From assembly GCA_964057225.1 (NCBI GenBank), contig OZ059897.1, positions 5,828,001 through 5,892,000 on the forward strand: 64,000 nt of DNA. The letters run 5' to 3'. Source of the DNA: Auanema rhodensis. Lineage: Eukaryota; Animalia; Nematoda. Shown here one piece after another: positions 37,201 to 47,482 of this stretch (position 1 is its first letter; each line of letters starts with the position of its first letter). The notes under the pieces were generated by a model. That model worked only from the letters and a program-made list of their open reading frames with translations. It ran no database searches and had not been told where the DNA came from. The translations under genes and the position numbers were made by a program.

Positions 37201-40200
37201 CCCATCCACAAATTTTGTTCACAAAAAAGTTTAGGCTGTAGGCACGTTGTGTCCGGTGATTGTCAATTTTTCTCAAAGATTTTCAACTATAACCAAACAA
37301 AAATAGTTACAACTTGGGTATTCAGATGTGTAGATTCTGAATTACTCAGTGAGATTTGGCTGTGACTTCTCAGTTTTCCGGAAAAAAGGTTTATATCAAC
37401 CCCATCCACAAATTTTGTTCACAAAAAAGTTCAGGCTGTAGGCACGTTGTGTCCGGTGATTGTCAATTTTTCTCAAAGATTTTCAACTATAACCAAACAA
37501 AAATAGTTACAACTTGGGTATTCAGATGTGTAGATTCTGAATAACTCAATGAGATTTGGCTGTGATTTCTCAGTTTTCCGGAAAAAAGGTTTATATCAAC
37601 CCCATCTACAAATTTTGTTCACAAAAAAGTTCAGGCTGTAGGCACGTTGTGTCCGGTGATTGTCAATTTTTCTCAAAGATTTTCAACTATAACCAAACAA
37701 AAATAGTTACAACTTGGGTATTCAGATGTGTAGATTCTGAATTATTTAATGAGATTTGGCTGTGACTCCTCCGTTTTCCGGGAAAAAGGTTTATATCAAC
37801 CCCATCTACAAATTTTGTTCACAAAAAAGTTTAGGCTGTAGGCACGTTGTGTCCGGTGATTGTCAATTTTTCTCAAAGATTATCAACTATAACCAAACAA
37901 AAATAGTTACAACTTGGGTATTCAGATGTGTAGATTCTGAATTACTCAGTGAGATTTGGCTGTGACTTCTCAGTTTTCCGGAAAAAAGGTTTATATCAAC
38001 CCCATCCACAAATTTTGTTCACAAAAAAGTTTAGGCTGTAGGCACGTTGTGTCCGGTGATTGTCAATTTTTCTCAAAGATTTTCAACTATAACCAAACAA
38101 AAATAGTTACAACTTGGGTATTCAGATGTGTAGATTCTGAATAACTCAATGAGATTTGGCTGTGACTTCTCAGTTTTCCGGAAAAAAGGTTTATATCAAC
38201 CCCATCTACAAATTTTGTTCACAAAAAAGTTCAGGCTGTAGGCACGTTGTGTCCGGTGATTGTCAATTTTTCTCAAAGATTATCAACTATAACCAAACAA
38301 AAATAGTTACAACTTGGGTATTCAGATGTGTAAATTCTGAATTACTTAATGAGATTTGGCTGTGACTTCTCAGTTTTCCGGAAAAAAGGTTTATATCAAC
38401 CCCATCCACAAATTTTGTTCACAAAAAAGTTTAGGCTGTAGGCACGTTGTGTCCGGTGATTGTCAATTTTTCTCAAAGATTATCAACTATAACCAAACAA
38501 AAATAGTTACAACTTGGGTATTCAGATGTGTAGATTCTGAATTACTCAGTGAGATTTGGCTGTGACTTCTCAGTTTTCCGGAAAAAAGGTTTATATCAAC
38601 CCCATCTACAAATTTTGTTCACAAAAAAGTTCAGGCTGTAGGCACGTTGTGTCCGGTGATTGTCAATTTTTTTCAAAGATTATCAACTATAACCAAACAA
38701 AAATAGTTACAACTTGGGTATTCAGATGTGTAGATTCTGAATTATTTAATGAGATTTGGCTGTGACTCCTCAGTTTTCCGGAAAAAAGGTTTATATCAAC
38801 CCCATCCACAAATTTTGTTCACAAAAAAGTTCAGGCTGTAGGCACGTTGTGTCCGGTGATTGTCAAATTTTCTCAAAGATTATCAACTATAACCAAACAA
38901 AAATAGTTACAACTTGGGTATTCAGATGTGTAGATTCTGAATAACTCAATGAGATTTGGCTGTGACTTCTCAGTTTTCCGGAAAAAAGGTTTATATCAAC
39001 CCCATCCACAAATTTTGTTCACAAAAAAGTTCAGGCTGTAGGCACGTTGTGTCCGGTGATTGTCAAATTTTCTCAAAGATTATCAACTATAACCAAACAA
39101 AAATAGTTACAACTTGGGTATTCAGATGTGTAGATTCTGAATAACTCAATGAGATTTGGCTGTGACTTCTCAGTTTTCCGGAAAAAAGGTTTATATCAAC
39201 CCCATCTACAAATTTTGTTCACAAAAAAGTTCAGGCTGTAGGCACGTTGTCTCCGGTGATTGTCAATTTTTCTCAAAGATTATCAACTATAACCAAACAA
39301 AAATAGTTACAACTTGGGTATTCAGATGTGTAGATTCTGACTTATTTAATGAGATTTGGCTGTGACTCCTCCGTTTTCCGGGAAAAAGGTTTATATCAAC
39401 CCCATCCACAAATTTTGTTCACAAAAAAGTTCAGGCTGTAGGCACGTTGTGTCCGGTGATTGTCAAATTTTCTCAAAGATTATCAACTATAACCAAACAA
39501 AAATAGTTACAACTTGGGTATTCAGATGTGTAGATTCTGAATAACTCAATGAGATTTGGCTGTGACTTCTCAGTTTTCCGGAAAAAAGGTTTATATCAAC
39601 CCCATCTACAAATTTTGTTCACAAAAAAGTTCAGGCTGTAGGCACGTTGTGTCCGGTGATTGTCAATTTTTCTCAAAGATTTTCAACTATAACCAAACAA
39701 AAATAGTTACAACTTGGGTATTCAGATGTGTAGATTCTGAATAACTCAATGAGATTTGGCTGTGACTTCTCAGTTTTCCGGAAAAAAGGTTTATATCAAC
39801 CCCATCCACAAATTTTGTTCACAAAAAAGTTCAGGCTGTAGGCACGTTGTGTCCGGTGATTGTCAATTTTTCTCAAAGATTTTCAACTATAACCAAACAA
39901 AAATAGTTACAACTTGGGTATTCAGATGTGTAGATTCTGAATTACTCAGTGAGATTTGGCTGTGACTCCTCCGTTTTCCGGGAAAAAGGTTTATATCAAC
40001 CCCATCCACAAATTTTGTTCACAAAAAAGTTTAGGCTGTAGGCACGTTGTGTCCGGTGATTGTCAATTTTTCTCAAAGATTTTCAACTATAACCAAACAA
40101 AAATAGTTACAACTTGGGTATTCAGATGTGTAGATTCTGAATTATTTAATGAGATTTGGCTGTGACTCCTCAGTTTTCCGGGAAAAAGGTTTATATCAAC

Positions 40201-43025
40201 CCCATCCACAAATTTTGTTCATAAAAAAGTTTAGGCTGTAGGCACGTTGTGTCCGGTGATTGTCAATTTTTCTCAAAGATTATCAACTATAACCAAACAA
40301 AAATAGTTACAACTTGGGTATTCAGATGTGTAGATTCTGAATTATTTAATGAGATTTGGCTGTGACTCCTCAGTTTTCCGGAAAAAAGGTTTATATCAAC
40401 CCCATCTACAAATTTTGTTCACAAAAAAGTTCAGGCTGTAGGCACGTTGTGTCCGGTGATTGTCAATTTTTCTCAAAGATTTTCAACTATAACCAAACAA
40501 AAATAGTTACAACTTGGGTATTCAGATGTGTAGATTCTGAATAACTCAATGAGATTTGGCTGTGACTTCTCAGTTTTCCGGAAAAAAGGTTTATATCAAC
40601 CCCATCTACAAATTTTGTTCACAAAAAAGTTCAGGCTGTAGGCACGTTGTGTCCGGTGATTGTCAATTTTTCTCAAAGATTATCAACTATAACCAAACAA
40701 AAATAGTTACAACTTGGGTATTCAGATGTGTAGATTCTGAATAACTCAATGAGATTTGGCTGTGACTTCTCAGTTTTCCGGAAAAAAGGTTTATATCAAC
40801 CCCATCCACAAATTTTGTTCACAAAAAAGTTCAGGCTGTAGGCACGTTGTGTCCGGTGATTGTCAATTTTTTTCAAAGATTATCAACTATAACCAAACAA
40901 AAATAGTTACAACTTGGGTATTCAGATGTGTAGATTCTGAATTACTCAGTGAGATTTGGCTGTGACTCCTCCGTTTTCCGGGAAAAAGGTTTATATCAAC
41001 CCCATCCACAAATTTTGTTCACAAAAAAGTTTAGGCTGTAGGCACGTTGTGTCCGGTGATTGTCAATTTTTTTCAAAGATTATCAACTATAACCAAACAA
41101 AAATAGTTACAACTTGGGTATTCAGATGTGTAGATTCTGAATTACTCAGTGAGATTTGGCTGTGACTCCTCCGTTTTCCGGGAAAAAGGTTTATATCAAC
41201 CCCATACACAAATTTTGTTCACAAAAAAGTTTAGGCTGTAGGCACGTTGTGTCCGGTGATTGTCAATTTTTCTCAAAGATTTTCAACTATAACCAAACAA
41301 AAATAGTTACAACTTGGGTATTCAGATGTGTAGATTCTGAATTATTTAATGAGATTTGGCTGTGACTCCTCAGATTTCCGGAAAAAAGGTTTATATCAAC
41401 CCCATCCACAAATTTTGTTCACAAAAAAGTTTAGGCTGTAGGCACGTTGTGTCCGGTGATTGTCAATTTTTCTCAAAGATTTTCAACTATAACCAAACAA
41501 AAATAGTTACAACTTGGGTATTCAGATGTGTAGATTCTGAATAACTCAATGAGATTTGGCTGTGACTTCTCAGTTTTCCGGAAAAAAGGTTTATATCAAC
41601 CCCATCCACAAATTTTGTTCACAAAAAAGTTCAGGCTGTAGGCACGTTGTGTCCGGTGATTGTCAATTTTTCTCAAAGATTATCAACTATAACCAAACAA
41701 AAATAGTTACAACTTGGGTATTCAGATGTGTAGATTCTAAATAACTTAATGAGATTTGGCTGTGACTCCTTAGTTTTCCGGGAAAAAGGTTTATATCAAC
41801 CCCATCCACAAATTTTGTTCACAAAAAAGTTTAGGCTGTAGGTACGTTGTGTCCGGTGATTGTCAATTCTTCTCAAAGATTATCAACTATAACCAAACAA
41901 AAATAGTTACAACTTGGGTATTCAGATGTGTAGATTCTAAATAACTTAATGAGATTTGGCTGTGACTCCTTAGTTTTCCGGGAAAAAGGTTTATATCAAC
42001 CCCATCCACAAATTTTGTTCACAAAAAAGTTTAGGCTGTAGGCACGTTGTGTCCGGTGATTGTCAATTTTTCTCAAAGATTATCAACTATAACCAAACAA
42101 AAATAGTTACAACTTGGGTATTCAGATGTGTAGATTCTAAATAACTTAATGAGATTTGGCTGTGACTTCTCAGTTTTCTGGAAAAAAGGTTTATATCAAC
42201 TCCATCCACAAATTTTGTTCACAAAAAAGTTCAGGCTGTAGGCACGTTGTGTCCGGTGATTGTCAATTTTTTTCAAAGATTATCAACTATAACCAAACAA
42301 AAATAGTTACAACTTGGGTATTCAGATGTGTAGATTCTAAATAACTTAATGAGATTTGGCTGTGACTCCTTAGTTTTCCGGGAAAAAGGTTTATATCAAC
42401 CCCATCCACAAATTTTGTTCACAAAAAAGTTCAGGCTGTAGGCACGTTGTGTCCGGTGATTGTCAATTTTTTTCAAAGATTATCAACTATAACCAAACAA
42501 AAATAGTTACAACTTGGGTATTCAGATGTGTAGATTCTGAATTATTTAATGAGATTTGGCTGTGACTCCTTAGTTTTCCGGGAAAAAGGTTTATATCAAC
42601 CCCATCCACAAATTTTGTTCACAAAAAAGTTTAGGCTGTAGGCACGTTGTGTCCGGTGATTGTCAATTTTTCTCAAAGATTTTCAACTATAACCAAACAA
42701 AAATAGTTACAACTTGGGTATTCAGATGTGTAGATTCTAAATAACTTAATGAGATTTGGCTGTGACTCCTTAGTTTTCCGGGAAAAAGGTTTATATCAAC
42801 CCCATCCACAAATTTTGTTCACAAAAAAGTTCAGGCTGTAGGCACGTTGTGTCCGGTGATTGTCAATTTTTCTCAAAGATTATCAACTATAACCAAACAA
42901 AAATAGTTACAACTTGGGTATTCAGATGTGTAGATTCTGAATAACTCAATGAGATTCGGCCGTGACTTCTCAGTTTTCCGGAAAAAAGGTTTATATCAAC
43001 CCCATCCACAAATTTTGTTCACGAA
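34212..43025 (+). repeat. Tandem satellite array, 200-bp monomer, about 44 copies
   Basis: Exact 200-nt period (ORF-track starts 34355, 35155, 35355, ...). One 1-nt insertion near 36275. Units differ at only a few positions. Confidence 0.99.
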
Positions 43026-43129
43026 AAAATTCTGGATATTGACATTATTTGAATTTCTATTCATTTGCTCGGCTGTTATAAAGACAAATTTATTAAATTT
43101 TTATTAAAATCCAGAAAAAAAGAAAAATC

Positions 43130-44532
43130 ACTGAAGTTGGGTAGACTCCGAGATCTATTATCCCGGAGAACCAGCGAAGTTGATACCACGTAGACCCAGC
43201 GAAGTTGATACCACGTAGACCCAGCGAAGTTGTTACCACGAAGATCCAGCGGGAACGGTGGGCACTAACACGATAACTCGGTTAGTACCATTGTCCCGGA
43301 GTCTCATCAACTTCACTGGCCCTACCGAAAAAAAAAAAGTAGAACCAGTGAAGTTGAGTAGACTCCGAGATTTTTTGTCCCGCCGAAGCAACGAAGTTGA
43401 TACCACGTAGACCCAGCGAAGTTGATACCACGTAGACCCAGCGAAGTTGATACCACGTAGACCCAGCGAAGTTGATACCACGAAGACCCGGCGAAGTTGA
43501 TACCACGTAGACCCAGCGAAGTTGATACCACGAAGACCCGGCGAAGTTGATACCACGTAGACCCAGCGAAGTTGACACCACGTAGACCCAGCGAAGTTGT
43601 TACCACGAAGATCCAGCGGGAACGGTGGGCACTAACACGATAACTCGGTTAGTACCATTGTCCCGGAGTCTCCTCAACTTCACTGGCCCTACCGAAAAAA
43701 AAAAAGTAGAACCAGTGAAGTTGAGTAGACTCCGAGATTTTTTGTCCCGCCGAAGCAACGAAGTTGATACCACGTAGACCCAGCGAAGTTGACACCACGT
43801 AGACCCAGCGAAGTTGATACAACGAAGACCCGGCGAAGTTGATACCACGTAGACCCAGCGAAGTTGTTACCACGTAGATCCATCGAAGTTGAGACCATGA
43901 AGAAGCAGCGAAGTTGATTCCATGAAGCGTTCATTGCTGGGACCGAGACACCACTTTTGTAGTTGAAGAGCAGAGACGGTCGGGCCCACCGTTCACACTC
44001 ATCTACTTCAGAATAGTAGGAGTCAGGGACCTGGAAATAAACAATACATAACCAAAAAAAATGAAGTTGATACCACGAAGATCCAGCAAAGTTGATACCA
44101 CGAAGACCCAGCGAAGTTGATACCATGAAGATCCAGCGAAGTTGATACCACGAAGAAGCAGCGAAGTTGATTCCATGAAGCGTTCATAGCTGGGACCGAG
44201 ACACTTTTGTAGTTGGAGAGCAGAGACGGTCGGGCCCACCGTTCACACTCATCTACTTCAGAAGAGTAGGAGTCAGGGACCTGGAAATAAACAGTACATA
44301 ACCAAAAGAAATGAAGTTGATACCACGAAGATCCAGCGAAGTTGATACCACGAAGATCCAGCGAAGTTGATACCACGAAGATCCAGCGAAGTTGTTTCCA
44401 TGAAGCGTTCATAGCTGGGACCGAGACACTTTAGTAGTTGAAGAGCAGAGACGGTCGGGCCCACCGTTCACACTCATCTACTTCAGAAGAGTCGGTCCTG
44501 GAAAGAAGAAGTAGACCAGCTCCGAAGTTGAC
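43130..44532 (+). repeat. 25-bp minisatellite clusters (CCAGCGAAGTTGATACCACG[T/A]AGA[C/T]) alternating with two types of hairpin-rich spacer
   Basis: Five clusters of roughly 3-9 units. Spacer A at ~43251-43390 and ~43618-43757, with a partial copy at 43130. Spacer B at ~43925-44062, ~44177-44312 and ~44402-44500. Confidence 0.95.
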
Positions 44533-44784
44533 ATGTCGACTGACTGATTCCTTATGGAAAGCAATTCCTTATATACCATTTTCCACGTAAGTCCACGTCT
44601 GCGTATAATTTCAAAAACTATTTTTGAAATTTCCGGTTGTTCATAGACCAATCTCGCAAAAATTTCAAAATAAATGTCCGATTTTGAATTTTCGTGTTAA
44701 CAAAGTTTATTCGAAACAAATTAAAAAAGAAAAAATAATTGAATTTGAACTGTTTTCTAACTAACTAAGATTAAACTAAACTGA

Positions 44785-44914
44785 GGTATTCAGTCGTGTA
44801 GAATCTGAATTACTCAGTGAGATTTGGCTGTGACTCCTTAGTTTTCCGGAAAAAAGGTTTATATCAACCCCATCCACAAATTTTGTTCACAAAAAAGTTC
44901 AGGCTGTAGGCACG
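44785..44914 (+). repeat. Partial forward satellite monomer abutting the inverted array
   Basis: ggtattcagtcgtgtagaatctgaattactcagtgagatttggc...caggctgtaggcacg, then attttc, then reverse-oriented units. Confidence 0.95.
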
Positions 44915-44920
44915 ATTTTC

Positions 44921-46766
44921 TGATAATCTTTGAGAAGAATTGACAATCACCGGACACAACGTACCTACAGCCTGAACTTTTTTGTGAACAAAATTTGTGG
45001 ATGGGGTTGATATAAACCTTTTTTCCGGAAAACGGAGGAGTCACAGCCAAATCTCACTGAGTAATTCAGAATCTACACATCTGAATACCCAAGTTGTAAC
45101 TATTTTTGTTTGGTTATAGTTGATAATCTTTGAGAAAAATTGACAATCACCGGACACAACGTACCTACAGCCTGAACTTTTTAGTGAACAAAATTTGTGG
45201 ATGGGGTTGATATAAACCTTTTTCCCGGAAAACGGAGGAGTCACAGCCAAATCTCATTAAGTAATTCAGAATCTACACATCTGAATACCCAAGTTGTAAC
45301 TATTTTTGTTTGGTTATAGTTGATAATCTTTGAGAAAAATTGACAATCACCGGACACAACGTGCCTACAGCCTGAACTTTTTTGTGAACAAAATTTGTGG
45401 ATGGGGTTGATATAAACCTTTTTCCCGGAAAACGGAGGAGTCACAGCCAAATCTCATTGAGTTATTCAGAATCTACACATCTGAATACCCAAGTTGTAAC
45501 TATTTTTGTTTGGTTATAGTTGATAATCTTTGAGAAAAATTGACAATCACCGGACACAACGTGCCTACAGCCTGAACTTTTTTGTGAACAAAATTTGTGG
45601 ATGGGGTTGATATAAACCTTTTTCCCGAAAAACGGAGGAGTCACAGCCAAATCTCATTGAGTTATTTAGAATCTACACATCTGAATACCCAAGTTGTAAC
45701 TATTTTTGTTTGGTTATAGTTGATAATCTTTGAGAAAAATTGACAATCACCGGACACAACGTGCCTACAGCCTGAACTTTTTTGTGAACAAAATTTGTGG
45801 ATGGGGTTGATATAAACCTTTTTCCCGGAAAACGGAGGAGTCACAGCCAAATCTCATTAAGTAATTCAGAATCTACACATCTGAATACCCAAGTTGTAAC
45901 TATTTTTGTTTGGTTATAGTTGATAATCTTTGAGAAAAATTGACAATCACCGGACACAACGTGCCTACAGCCTGAACTTTTTTGTGAACAAAATTTGTGG
46001 ATGGGGTTGATATAAACCTTTTTCCCGGAAAACGGAGGAGTCACAGCCAAATCTCATTAAGTAATTCAGAATCTACACATCTGAATACCCAAGTTGTAAC
46101 TATTTTTGTTTGGTTATAGTTGATAATCTTTGAGAAAAATTGACAATCACCGGACACAACGTGCCTACAGCCTGAACTTTTTTGTGAACAAAATTTGTGG
46201 ATGGGGTTGATATAAACCTTTTTCCCGGAAAACGGAGGAGTCACAGCCAAATCTCATTAAGTAATTCAGAATCTACACATCTGAATACCCAAGTTGTAAC
46301 TATTTTTGTTTGGTTATAGTTGATAATCTTTGAGAAAAATTGACAATCACCGGACACAACGTGCCTACAGCCTGAACTTTTTTGTGAACAAAATTTGTGG
46401 ATGGGGTTGATATAAACCTTTTTCCCGGAAAACTGAGAAGTCACAGCCAAATCTCATTAAGTAATTCAGAATCTACACATCTGAATACCCAAGTTGTAAC
46501 TATTTTTGTTTGGTTATAGTTGATAATCTTTGAGAAAAATTGACAATCACCGGACACAACGTGCCTACAGCCTGAACTTTTTAGTGAACAAAATTTGTGG
46601 ATGGGGTTGATATAAACCTTTTTTCCGGAAAACTGAGAAGTCACAGCCAAATCTCATTGAGTTATTCAGAATCTACACATCTGAATACCCAAGTTGTAAC
46701 TATTTTTGTTTGTTTATAGTTGATAATCTTTGAGATAAATTGACAATCACCGACGGACACAACGTA
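44921..46766 (-). repeat. Inverted array of the same 200-bp satellite, about 9 copies
   Basis: Reverse complement of the left-array monomer with a 200-nt period; the same pseudo-ORFs appear on the minus strand. Confidence 0.99.
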
Positions 46767-47482
46767 CATCTCAGCTTTTTTATTAATTCTTTTATTTTGC
46801 TCGGCGATTATAAAGACAAAGTTTTTATTAACAAATGTTTTTTACAACTATTTAAATACTATAATGATTAGATATAATGTTATAAGAGAAAAAGTATCTC
46901 GTTGATTTGTTGATTTAACTTATTATGCACAATATTGAGGATATGAACTAGAAATAAAAACAAATTACAATTTTAAATTTTAAAACATTTGGTTAGATAT
47001 ACATACATATATATGGTTAACTGAAAATGTGAGAAATTTATCCCGATTAGACTGAAACCCTGCATTTAACATTGATTATTGAAGCTGAAGAACATAATAT
47101 TGAATTCTTAACATTAAATTTCTCAATTTGGGATGAGGAGAGGGAGGGACAAAACCACCGTAAATCATTGCATTTGGAAATAAAAGTAGAAGAAAAGTTG
47201 TGTAAGAGATGAATTTTGCATGTAGATCATGATTTGTTTCTGTTATAATCTTTCCAGAAAAATATAAATTAAAAAAATTAGTGAAGGAGAGTACAAAAAC
47301 ATTTGAAAACCGGGTGCAATGCATATATTTTGAATTTTGTTTTTATAATCTCATTCCTCAGCTCTGATTTTGTTTTTTTTTCTGATTTTGAGAGCAAAGA
47401 AAGACTTGCACAGGTAGAAATATTGATAAACTTTTCTATTTACAGACTATGAATCTATATGGAGCTTTTCCGTTTTACAGGA

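Noticed and set aside
43233-44464. Minus-strand ORFs (MVSTSLGLRGINFAGSTW...)
   Set aside because: Open in all three frames because the 25-mer lacks stops on that strand.
43130-44532. CRISPR array
   Set aside because: The repeats are directly tandem, the spacers are long and duplicated, there are no cas genes, and the context is eukaryotic.
45081-45110. Spliced-leader RNA similarity (TACCCAAGTT followed by GTAAC and ATTTTTG) in the satellite
   Set aside because: Only 10 nt match SL1; the GGTTTAAT 5' end and the TGAG|GT donor are missing. Probably chance, though an Infernal search would settle it.
34355-46650. Dozens of 62-69 aa ORFs (MAVTSQFSGKKVYINP...)
   Set aside because: They are translations of the satellite monomer starting at TTG. 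Stop codons are polymorphic between units and there are no splice signals or other sign of coding constraint.
31808-46855. Autonomous transposon or a defined TIR/TSD pair
   Set aside because: No transposase, helicase or RT coding sequence. The outer ends of the two arrays are not exact inverted termini, and I could not identify a target-site duplication.
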